Positions 1 through 10,542 of a DNA stretch of 20,000 nt are shown here, in pieces. The first letter of the stretch is position 1. Every line of letters starts with the position of its first letter. The notes beneath the pieces are model-generated. The model had not been told where the DNA came from, searched no databases, and worked only from the letters and a program-made list of their open reading frames with translations. Source of the stretch: Octopus sinensis. Taxonomy: Eukaryota. Position numbers and translations under genes: made by a program. The stretch spans positions 1 to 20,000 of the forward strand of contig NW_021824011.1 in assembly GCF_006345805.1 (NCBI RefSeq), in the 5' to 3' direction.

Positions 1-149
1 ATTAAATGTTTAGATGGTGTATCGGGAAATGGTAAGTTGATACACTTCCAATGAAGGTTGATTATTTATGGAAATCGAAATCTTCCGATTTGGGAAAAGA
101 TTTTCTGATCAATACAAGCCATTTATTTCATTTCGTGACCCCTCAGGAG

Positions 150-251
150 TGCAACACACACATATGATTAATATACATTCATATATACACAGATACGCAT
201 CACACACATATATACACATACACAAACGCACATATATATGTGTGAGTATCC

Positions 252-290
<39 letters not shown>

Positions 291-688
291 ATGGATACTC
301 ACATTATATATATATGACTTGCCTCTGTATCAAGGTATGTTGGTATGTGTATGTATATGCATATATATATTATATATAATGTATATATATATATATATAT
401 ATATATGCATATACATACACATACCACATACCGATACAGAGGCAGTCATATAATGTATATATTATATATATATAATATATATATGTAGTGATGTATATGA
501 TATATACACACATACTTTGTTTCAAGCGTACCACATGAAACCGATGGTACTTGTTTTATCTCTTGAATTATAGCAAATACACACAACACATATATATATA
601 TATATATGTATATGTGTGTGTGTTTCTATATATATATGTATTTGGTCATTATATATATATATGTATATATCTATATATGCATATGTAA

Positions 689-723
<35 letters not shown>

Positions 724-890
724 ATACATATATCTATATATATCTATATATATAATATAGATAGATTAGATAGATATGATAGATAGATAGAGATAGATAG
801 ATGATAGAAGATAGATAGTAGATAGATAGATAGATAGATAGATAAATAGATAAATAGATATACCTACACACACACACACACATACACACA
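150..890. repeat. Compound microsatellite block: (TA)n, (CA)n, (TAGA)n
   Basis: Directly visible runs, e.g. (AT)n at ~250-290 and 680-720, (TAGA)n at ~760-860, (CA)n at ~866-890. ORFs 68..379 and 238..453 are YI/HT repeat translations. Confidence 0.95.
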
Positions 891-1144
891 CTTTGTCAAA
901 TACTTGTGTTAACACACTTAATATAAAACCAAGAAAATTTTAATCAAGTTTATAACCATGGTGTGTCGACAAAAAGGATGAATAGCTTTAATGAGAGAGT
1001 CTTGTTGAAGAATACAGAAGGAGACAAACCCGAAAGTTGCAAAATAAAACGTGGGCAAATTCATTGTAGGAGCAAATTCGATTGTCGTTATAACTCCCTC
1101 AACCGTATTTCTAACATTTTACTTTTAAATTAATTATGAGTAAA

Positions 1145-1277
1145 AAGACGACGAACTGACAGAGTTGTACCGTTCTGGACAAAAATGTTTGGCGGCTCTT
1201 CGTGAGATTCTTTACGTTCTGTGCTCAAATTCCGCCGAAGCCGGCTTTGCCTCTCGTCCTTTCGGGGCCGCTGTAAA
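1145..1277 (+). mobile_element. Degenerate tRNA-derived SINE, family A (5' head and central part)
   Basis: 1234-1272 cgccgaagccggctttgcctctcgtcctttcggggccg aligns with the reverse complement of 13845-13882 (cgccgaggtcgactttgccattcatcctttcggggtcg). A decayed B-box-like gctcaaattcc lies just upstream. Resembles an abundant octopus SINE as I recall it. Confidence 0.75.
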
Positions 1278-1396
1278 CTACTAAACACATTTCAAGCTTC
1301 CTATCTATATTAGAAATAACTACTTTTAATTAAAGCCAGTGAATTGGTGGGTTTGTTAGATTTTTGGGTAGAATGTTTTGAGATATTTGTTCCTAC

Positions 1397-1560
1397 ACCT
1401 TCGAGATCACATTTAGCCGACGTAACTCTATCTTTTACTCTTTCGTGGTTGATAAAATTGATTCAATTCACAGAAGTTGATTGATAGAAGTGCTGGAGGA
1501 TCAGGTGATAAGCATTATGATATCTTTTCCGGGTTACTGTGATCGACCGCAACCTTTGAA
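1397..1560 (+). mobile_element. Highly decayed second copy of SINE family A
   Basis: ttcgagatcacatttagccgacgtaactctatcttttactctttcgtggttgataaaatt aligns loosely with the family A motif ...caaattccgccgaggtcgactttgcc...tcctttcggggtcg...aaa. Confidence 0.4.
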
Positions 1561-1794
1561 AGAACACTAGTTCCATGTAGGAACGACCCACATCAAGAAC
1601 TTTTCCCAAGGAGAAACGTCAGTGGCCGGGAGACTGGAGAGTTACATGTATAGACAATTACCAGCCATTTTCAAAACATTCTTGTCCAGGTCTGCATGCA
1701 ACTATGCGCGTGCTTGGTCATCTTCGAGCGTCTGCGACCCTTTTCGTTAATTACTTAGCATCTCAGAGTTGTTTGCCTTAAATTTCTTGACACA

Positions 1795-2617
1795 TCCATT
1801 TATTTTTTATCACCTCTTTCTAAGAGGGACGTTGGTATAAAGTCTTCAGGCACGCCCTACATCGAATCATATCAGAAGCAACTGTTATTAGACGTTCCGC
1901 CTAGACTTCCAAGCATCACTACCAAAGAGTATGAATATTATTCAACTGTCTTCTTGGTCTACCCTTGCCGGTTGACTCAACTTAAAGTATATGCATTTCG
2001 AATTCTTTTCCTGCGACATTTTAATCACCTGTTTATATTACCAGAGTTATAACTTCTCAATGCGGAGAAGTAGCGGGTCGACATGGAAGGACTCCCTCTT
2101 CTCCAAGTTACGTATCTTGCCGGTCAACATTACTGCAGAGGTCTTTCGGAGGAACCCCATTTCTGTTGCTTGTGTTCGGGGTCGTACATTTTCGATCATT
2201 ACCCAACATTACTGACAATAGGTAAGGATAAGAAAGCCCAATTGACTGAAAGTTTGGTTTTTTTCTTTACCAACCTCTCCTCATCTGAATATCAATTGCT
2301 AGAGCAGGAGCATAACTGTGGCAGTACATAAAATTCTAGAATCCAGTTCAATCTCTAACCCTCCATCACACGGGAATATGGCACCGAGGTACTTAAATTT
2401 GATCATTTGCATCAATGATGTTACCTTAATATGCAGAGAGTTTTGGTAAAAAATTTCTTGAGAGGACCAACTTCTCAGTCTTCGCAATATATATTTTAAT
2501 TCCTACCTTGCAACAGTCTGAATCGAAGGCATTCAGTGCATACTGACGATGATCTCCTTAATCATACGTAATTCCTGATTAACCTAACGATCTTTTATCC
2601 TCATCATGAATATTATT
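1795..2617 (-). mobile_element. Decayed, 5'-truncated RTE-clade LINE (C-terminal half of reverse transcriptase and 3' end); pseudogenised
   Basis: Manual minus-strand translation gives, in order: IIFMMRIK; DHRQYALNAFDSDCCKVGIKIYIAKTEKLVLS; FKYLGAIFPCDGGLEIELDSRI (ORF 2299..2487); KTKLSV; LILTYCQ*CWVMIENVRPRTQATEMGFLRKTSAVMLTGKIRNLEKRESFHVDPLLLRIEK; GKGRPRR; ITVASDMIRCRACLKTLYQRP; then a short tail ending aaataaatggatg. These match the colinear motifs of RTE-clade ORFs (FKYLG..DG....EI..RI, TLTYG.E.W, QAAEM.FLR, EPLLLRIE, RGRPR, terminal PRP, GATG-type tail). Several stops and frameshifts are present. Confidence 0.9.
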
Positions 2618-2659
2618 TTAACTAATATTTAATATAAAATTTCTTGTCTCACTGTGTTA

Positions 2660-3060
2660 CCTCTTTTACTGGTTGCAGTCATTTGACTGTGGCCATGCTG
2701 GAGCACCGCCTTTAGTCGAGCAAATCGACCCCAGGACTTATTCTTTGTAAGCCTAGTACTTATTCTATCGGTCACTTTTGCCGAACCGCTAAGTTACGGT
2801 GACGTAAACACACCAGCATCGGTTGTCAAGCGATGTTGAGGGGAAAAACACTGACACACAAACATATACACACACATATATTTATATACATATATATGAA
2901 GGGCTTCTTTCAGTTTCCGTCTACCAAATCCACTCACAAGGCTTTGGTCGGCCCCGAGGCTATAGTAGAAGACACTTGTCCGAGGTGCCACGCAGTGGGA
3001 CTGAACCGGGAACCATGTGGTTGGTAAGAAAGCTACTTACCACACAGCCACTCCTGTGCC
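2660..3060 (-). mobile_element. Full-length tRNA-derived SINE, family B (CORE-like, bipartite with internal CA/TA spacer)
   Basis: Minus-strand head ggcacaggagtggctgtgtggtaag (A-box-like), ggttcagtccc (B-box-like), then gcacctcggacaagtgtcttctact (CORE-like). Colinear along its whole length with the copy at 19395-19882. Confidence 0.9.
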
Positions 3061-3093
3061 TAACACCAACTTCGACTTCTCTATCTCGCTTTT

Positions 3094-3097
<4 letters not shown>

Positions 3098-3156
<59 letters not shown>

Positions 3157-3160
3157 GAGA
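3098..3160. repeat. (GA)n microsatellite
   Basis: Near-perfect GA run with two GAAA interruptions. Confidence 0.97.
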
Positions 3161-3624
3161 CACTAGACAGCCTTCCGTTGTCCCCACCACCCGCTGTCAC
3201 CCGATGTATTATCCTTTCTAAAGTTATACCACTTTTTCAATTGTTTATACGCAATAATTATCGACATACACCACCACTGGTTTCCTCCAATTCTATTGTT
3301 TGCTGTGATAAATTTAGATAGTTTCCTCTACGTTGAGTGTATTTTCATTACTCTACTGTTCATCGATGATCTATTTACGTTACCATTACTTGGAATTTAC
3401 TAACAGTAAAGTCATCGCTCTGATATATAAAACGGCGAAGTAAATAAATAAATATAAAATCGATAGAATTTTTTTTTAGTGAATTGTTCAAAGAGTTTGT
3501 TACAATCTGTATTACTGTGATTAGTATTGAGTAAGTGTGGGAAGGAGAAACGTATGGGATTTACTCATCATTATTATAAAGCAAGCAGAATGGTTATTAA
3601 AACTGACTGGAATAGGTGGCTAGA

Positions 3625-4052
3625 CGTGTATGCGTGACTGTGTGTGTGTGTGTTTGTATGTGTGAGTGTTTGTATGTGTGTGTGTGTGTTTGTATGTGTG
3701 AGAGAGAGAGAGAAGGGGAGAGGAAGAGACTATGTATATATGAGAGAGTAGAGAGTGAGAGAGAATCAGCATGAGAGGGTATGTAGAAGTATGACGAGGT
3801 GGACTTAGATATAAATAGGGGTGGGGGTGATAAAAACTGGAATACATACGTATATTCGTGCGTGTGTGTATACATACATACGTATATATATCTATATATG
3901 TATGTATGTATACACACACGCGCATTCACAAACACTCACGCACACGCTTAAAACGTGCGTGCATATATAAAATGATATGATATGATATGATAATTATATA
4001 TATAATATATATAATATATATATACATACACATATATATATATATATATATC

Positions 4053-4083
<31 letters not shown>

Positions 4084-4400
4084 ATGTATATATATGTAAT
4101 GTATGTATATGCATGTATATATGTATGTGTGTGTGTGTGTCCATTCAACTATGTCTCTATCTATGTATGTATATATATGTATGTATTTATGTGTGTCGTG
4201 TAAGTATATACATATGTGCAGATTTGTATGTTTTGTTTTATGTATGTCTCATGCATATACTTGCATATCAAGACACGCTAATACATACATAAATGATAAA
4301 CTTCTGCTTGCATGTACGTATGCATGTACGTTTGTATGTGCGTGTGTCTGTATATGCATAAGTATGTATCCACCTACGTATGTAAATGGCGGTACATTGT
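3625..4400. repeat. Compound microsatellite block: (TG)n, (GA)n, (TA)n, (TATG)n
   Basis: Directly visible; overlapping ORFs are repeat translations. Confidence 0.9.
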
Positions 4401-4859
4401 TAGAATGCGAGACTGGTAGAGTAAAAGTTACATACAAGCATTTATGGCGCCATTAAAGTACGTCTCTCCAAATTTGCGTATAATATATGTTTCCTTGGTT
4501 TTCCAAGGTTTTTCACTACAAGAGTGTGAACGTGATTGCATAATTATTCACGTAAAATCATTGCATATTTTAAAGGAAAACTAGTTTTCCCGTTTGTGAT
4601 AAAATAGATCGAAGGTGGGATGCTTTTCACGGAAGAATGATTAAATTTTCTTGTATGAAAGGACGAGCGAAATGTTTGAAGTCTTTTATTCCAGAAGCTT
4701 CGCTTGTTGATGTAGTTTGTATTTCATCGTTGTCGGTGATAAAGTACATACCTTCTACTGATATTCAATTTCCATACATGCATAAACATGCAAATGTGTA
4801 TGTATATATGTATGTATGCATGCATGTTTGTATGTATGTACGTGCGTATATATATATGT

Positions 4860-4892
<33 letters not shown>

Positions 4893-4921
4893 CACACGCG
4901 CACACACACACACATATGTAT

Positions 4922-5081
4922 ATAGGCATGGCTGCGTGGTAAGTACCTTGCTTACCAACCATATGGTTTCGGGTAGAGTCCCACTGCGTAGCATCTTGGG
5001 CAAATGTCTTCTACTAAAGCCTTGGGTTGACCAAAGACTTGTGAATGAATTTGGGAGACGGAAACTGAAAGAAGCCTGTTG

Positions 5082-5085
<4 letters not shown>
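4922..5085 (+). mobile_element. SINE family B, 5' half only
   Basis: ggcatggctgcgtggtaagtaccttgcttaccaacc...gtcccactgcgtagcatcttgggcaaatgtcttctact...gacggaaactgaaagaagcc is colinear with the reverse complement of 2897-3060 and ends in the internal TA/TG spacer. Confidence 0.9.
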
Positions 5086-5120
<35 letters not shown>

Positions 5121-5804
5121 ATGTGTGTGTTTACGACTCCGTAATTTACCTGATAAGCAAAATAGAACGATGAAATTAGCATATTGAGCCTAGAAAGAGA
5201 AACAGAAGACAGGGATATAATGCCAATCAAACGCTTATTCAAAGCAAGGAAGAACTGAAACAGTAGTTGACAACGGTAAAATACTTCACATTGTATAATT
5301 AACATGACAAATGTTGTGGTACGTACCAGTTTCTATCAATACAAAGGCAGAAAACAAATATATATAAATGCAAAGGTGACCTGTAAGGGCAGAAAGCTCA
5401 AATTCTATATTATGTTCACATCGTGCAGTAATATGTATTGGTCAGAATGGAAACACTAATTATCAGTACGCATGCGAATACACCGGCAACATTTCAGGCA
5501 TACGCTACTCAGGCTGATCTTCCTGTGTTTCTATATAAATTAAGACAATGTCATTGTGTTAAATGAATTTCTACTTCTGAACGAAGAGGTATGTTGGATT
5601 TTCTTGTTTTGAAGGGATTTTCGGTTAACAGTATATATACCATTAGCTATTCTTATAATCAAGTTTATATAACAAAACATTTTATAAAAGTTTTCTATTG
5701 AGACGATGGATTTCATACGTTTCGACATTTATGCTTAAGTTGTAGCGGTCTTCTGATATTACTTACAGTAGAAGATTCAGGAGACCATATTATCTAATCA
5801 CACA

Positions 5805-6163
5805 ATGTATGTATACAAATGCATACAAGCATACACACACGCGCACGCACGCACGCACGCACGCGCACACACACACACACGTATATGTATACGTGCTTAA
5901 ATGTATACACCTATATATGTATATCTGAACAAAGAACTAGACACAAGATGTTATAGCAAATATATTTCTTTTGGTTAAACTAAGTCACAATGTCACCATC
6001 TACATTATACGCTATATTATATATATATATATGTATGTATGTATTGTATGTATGTATGTATGTATGTATGTATGTATGTATGTATGTATATACATATATA
6101 ATGTGTGTGTACATAATATTTATATATCTATATATATATATATATAGGTATTTATGTTGTATG

Positions 6164-6213
<50 letters not shown>

Positions 6214-6351
6214 ATGTATATGCACACATACACACACATACACACACATATACACACACATTCGAAGTTATAGGTTAATGGTTAAGAGTTTTTGATGTAT
6301 AAATTATATATGAATCAAGACATCTACGAACACTTCTTGTGCACCCATCTG

Positions 6352-6398
<47 letters not shown>

Positions 6399-6513
6399 CT
6401 CTATCTCTCTCTCTATATATATATGTATACATACACATATATATATATATGCACATACATATGCATACATATATCCACATATATCCACATATACACACAT
6501 AGACACATGTATA

Positions 6514-6554
<41 letters not shown>

Positions 6555-6602
6555 TATACATACATATATATATGTGTGTGTGTGAGTGCGCGTGCGCGCG
6601 CA
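5805..6602. repeat. Compound microsatellite blocks: (CA)n/(CGCA)n, (TATG)n, (TA)n, (TCTA)n
   Basis: Directly visible, e.g. (TATG)n at ~6033-6087 and (TCTA)n at ~6350-6397. Confidence 0.9.
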
Positions 6603-7059
6603 CAGATTTTCACATCATAAGAATTGTCACCTAAAGGCCAAAAGAGAAAAGCGAAATGTTATCAGTATTCATAAACAACCAGCCACACTCTACACCACCG
6701 TGTCTTCACTCCCCCACCCGGCTCCTCACTAATCTATTAAGATTCGAAAGAACCGCCACCACCGCTCCGCCCCACCCTCCGCTATTTTGAACACCATCAA
6801 AAGAGATGAACTATTTGTTTATATATATATATATATACACCAATATTTTTTTTATTTTTTGTTTAATTTTCTCGTGTTTTTGCTTATGTATTTGTTGTTG
6901 TTTCTTTGTTTTAATCCTTTGCTTTTTTGTGTTTTTTTTCTTGTTTTTGTTAATTATTATTTGGTTATTTATTTATTTATTTATCGCGTTATTTATTCGA
7001 TTATCTCATCCGTTCATCAAGACATCATTAGAAGTGTGTTAGTGTATTTATGGCGGTAA

Positions 7060-7103
7060 CTGCAGCAACAACAACAACAACTACAATAACAACAACGGCG
7101 GGC

Positions 7104-7137
<34 letters not shown>

Positions 7138-8125
7138 GCAGCAACGAAAACCACTGCAACTGTGACATCAACGGGTACAACAACAACAACATCATATGTA
7201 TTAGTAAGAACGCACACGTTTGACGACAATAACAACAACAACAACGACTTTGTTGATGACAACAGCAAAAAGAACGACATTGGCAGGAAGAAGAAAAAGA
7301 AGGAGCATCATAAGGAGGAGGAAGAGCAAGAGGAGTTGGAAGAGCAGGAATAGTAAGAGAAGGAGAAGGAGGAGGGGAGCAGGAGAAGGAATGATAATAA
7401 TAACGATAATAATAATGATAATAATAATAAAAAGGAGCAGGAGGATGAGGAAGAGCAAGAGGAGGTGGAAGAAAAGGAGGAGTAGGAGAAGGGGGAGAAG
7501 AAGGAAGAGGAGGAGGAGGCGTACGTGGAGGAAGAGGAGGCGTAAGTGGAGGAAGAGGAGCAGGGAAAGAAATTAGCGATGAAGAAGAAAGAGAATAATA
7601 AGAAGCAGGGGAGGAAGAAGAGCAAGAGGAGCAAGAGGAGGAGAAGAAGGAGGAAATAGCGAAGAAGAAGAAGAAGAAATGAAAGTTATGAAGAACATGA
7701 AAAAGATGAAAGTGATGAAGTACATGAAGACGATAAAAGTGGAGATATTGAAGAAGACCAAGAAGATGAAAGAAGTACGAGGAGTAGGTGCAGGAGGTGG
7801 CAAAGAAGAAGAAAAGGAAGAAGAAGAAGAAGAAGAAGAAGAAGAAGAAGAAGAAGAAGAAGAAGAGAAGAAGAAGAAGAAGAAAAGAAGAAGAAAAGGA
7901 GAAGGGGAATAAGAAAAGAAGAAATCAACAGTAACCACTATAAACGACAACAAGAGCAGCAGCGGCGGCAGAAATAAGAGCATAAATGTGACAACAACAA
8001 GATCTGCAACAATAATAATAATGACAGCATCATAATGATAAACCAATGCAGCAGCAGCAGCTACATCGATAGTAATAATGATGATAATGATGATGATGAT
8101 GGTGATGATGATGATGACAACAACA

Positions 8126-8162
<37 letters not shown>

Positions 8163-8246
8163 CAACAACACAACAACAATGATAATAATAATAATAATAA
8201 TAATAATAACATTCAATCGAAAAGTGATGATGATAATAATAATAAC

Positions 8247-8305
<59 letters not shown>

Positions 8306-8314
8306 TAATAATGG

Positions 8315-8345
<31 letters not shown>

Positions 8346-8404
8346 AGCAGCATCATAATGACAAAAGTATTAACAGCAAGAACGGCATCACAGACAACCA
8401 CAGC

Positions 8405-8442
<38 letters not shown>

Positions 8443-8580
8443 AAACAGCAAGTTCGAAACTAAAAGAAACGAAAGCAACAATAATAAAAAAAAAAGATAA
8501 AATAAACCACAGCAAACAACAAAGGTAAATATGACAACAACAAAAGCAACAAAGCAACAAAGGCCATAACAAAGAACAAA

Positions 8581-8611
<31 letters not shown>

Positions 8612-8632
8612 ACAGCAACAACAATAACAAAT
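7060..8632. repeat. Long trinucleotide low-complexity tract: (CAA)n, (GAA)n/(GAG)n, (TAA)n, (GAT)n
   Basis: Strongly purine/A-rich on the plus strand. The ORFs here are homopolymeric (poly-E/K/R/I/M) and open in several frames at once, as expected for SSRs. Confidence 0.93.
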
Positions 8633-8710
8633 GAAATTTAATAGTCTATGTTATTTAAATTATATTGATGTAATATTGTTTAATAAACATATTGGAATTA
8701 GTGTTGGGGC

Positions 8711-8870
8711 TGTTGTTGTTGTTGTTGTAGACAATGACTTTGATATCGATGTTGTTATTGTTGTTGCTGCCGTCGTTATAGTGTTGTTGTTGTTGTTGTT
8801 GTTGTTGTAGACAATGACTTTGATATCGATGTTGTTATTGTTGTTGCTGCCGTCGTTATAGTGTTGTTGT
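8711..8870. repeat. Two-copy tandem duplication, 80-bp period
   Basis: tagacaatgactttgatatcgatgttgttattgttgttgctgccgtcgttatagtgttg occurs identically from 8728 and from 8808, embedded in (TTG)n. Confidence 0.95.
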
Positions 8871-9168
8871 TGTTGTTGTTGTTGTTATTGTTGTTGTTGT
8901 TGATGTGGTTAATCTTTGTTTCTTTGTTTTCTTAATTTTGCAAACGTTGCATCTTTCGCATCTTTAATCAACGTAATTGTCATCGCCGTCGCCATAGTTA
9001 TCATCAGCATCATCCTCATGATCGTCCTTGTCCTCACAATTATCATTAGCAGCAGCAGCAGCAGCAGTGGCACGTGCACCGCCACAAAAAACCCACCGCC
9101 GCCTCCACCATCATCATCGTACTCCTCGTCAACTCATCACCTCGACAGGTGACGGACAATACCACGAT

Positions 9169-9266
9169 CACCGCCACCGCCACCGCCACCGCCACCGCCA
9201 CCGCCACCGCCACCGCCACCGCCACCGCCACCGCCACCGCCACCGCCACCGCCACCGCCACCGCCA
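9169..9266. repeat. (CCACCG)n hexanucleotide repeat, about 16 units
   Basis: Perfect run, directly visible. Confidence 0.97.
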
Positions 9267-9357
9267 ACACCAACACCACCGCCACTATCACCGTCACAGC
9301 CAGTACTACAACTACTACCACAACTACCAGAACCACCATTTCCACTACCATAACGAG

Positions 9358-9437
<80 letters not shown>
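9358..9437. repeat. (CAT)n microsatellite, about 26 units
   Basis: Perfect run, directly visible. Confidence 0.97.
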
Positions 9438-9598
9438 CGATCTACTCTAGGCACATGCAACAGCTTGAAGTCTGTTAAAATTCTAACCGAAAACGAGATT
9501 GAATTAGTTTTTTAACAAAAGAGCAAAGTAATTCAAATCTCTCACCTAATTCAAAGGGCTCGGACACACAGCATACATGAATTAGCGCATGTACACAC

Positions 9599-9636
<38 letters not shown>

Positions 9637-9654
9637 TATATATATATATATACA

Positions 9655-9824
9655 TTGACCGGTGGCTCTAAAAGTTTTTGTTTTTCATTTCATCGTGTTC
9701 CTTTCTGTTGAAGAGCTTAGGCTCGAAATGTGAAAGATTTTCTCACCTTCCCGAGCGGGAAACTAATACACCGCTTTGCTGTTTATACACCTGTCCTCGT
9801 CTTTTGTTTTCTGTAAATTTCAAC

Positions 9825-9826
<2 letters not shown>
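9655..9826 (+). mobile_element. Short interspersed element fragment carrying a degenerate minimal (Penelope-type) hammerhead-like motif at 9701-9736
   Basis: Bounded by CA/TA microsatellites on both sides. Contains cttt-CTGTTGA-a-GAGC-ttag-GCTC-GAAA-tgtg-aaag, with a helix II hairpin, GAAA and helix I cttt/aaag. Deviates from the hammerhead consensus at A6 and at the cleavage site. Confidence 0.5.
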
Positions 9827-9871
<45 letters not shown>

Positions 9872-9994
9872 TTAGCGCACCAGAACTAAGACATTTGAAA
9901 TTATCCCTAATGTAATCGGTAAAACTAAACACGTGTCTGTTTTGGCACAGAAAGCTGGGGTTAGTTTTTTCAAATTACATTACCTGTTCGGAAC

Positions 9995-10074
9995 GATCGC
10001 ACTGACGAAACTGCGGATAATTGGATTAATTAAGTAATTTTTTTGTTAATAGTTGAAACCGCCGGTATGTGATT
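9995..10074 (+). ncRNA. Type I hammerhead ribozyme, copy 1 (predicted cleavage after GUA at 10067)
   Basis: Helix I GATCGCA (9995-10001) / TGTGATT (10068-10074), 7 bp including 2 G.U. Core CTGACGA (10002-10008). Helix II AACT (10009-10012) / AGTT (10051-10054). GAAA (10055-10058). Helix III A-CC-gcc-GG-T. Cleavage triplet GUA. All invariant core positions are present; activity is untested. Confidence 0.85.
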
Positions 10075-10542
10075 AATTCTGTTTGTTTTTATATAATTTT
10101 CATCTGTCTTGCCCGCCTAATTGTTCTGGTGTCCGCTGAATTTCCCTCTAGAAAACAGTCTTTGTAGTTTGATCGTTGTTGATCTATTTCTAGCATACGG
10201 CCGACTACCTAGCGGTCTTGCCCTTTGAATATACACATTATTAGAATTTTCTCTGATTTCTTAGATTTTTGTATGCTAGGCTATTGGTTTTAAATTGTTG
10301 TTAATTAAATTAATATTAATTTGTCTCCCTCATTATTTAAATATTAGAATAAATATGTTCTCTAATAGGCAGCACTAACCGCAGTAAATTATTTACGGCA
10401 GTTCTTCGCTTCCGGAATTTTTAGCGCGCCAGAACTAAGACATTTGAAATTATCCCTAATGTAATCGGTAAAACTAAACACGTGTCTGTTTTGACACAGA
10501 AAGCTGGGGTTAGTTTTGCAAATTACATTACCTGTTCGGAAC

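Noticed and set aside
528-570. GTACCA...TGGTAC hairpin with gaaaccgatggta
   Set aside because: No CUGANGA core. The ggtacttgttttatc part is better explained as a SINE family A/B remnant.
1991-2331. Plus-strand ORFs 1991..2215 and 2083..2331
   Set aside because: Antisense shadows of the decayed RTE reverse transcriptase on the minus strand.
4630-4770. Minus-strand peptide MYFITDNDEIQTTSTSEASGIKDFKHFARPFIQENLIILP
   Set aside because: About 40 codons, no recognisable homology and no coherent splice sites; expected by chance.
5705-5762. Minus-strand hammerhead-like string cagaaga...gtcGAAACGTA
   Set aside because: The core reads CAGAAGA, helix II does not register with the core, and there is no helix I partner.
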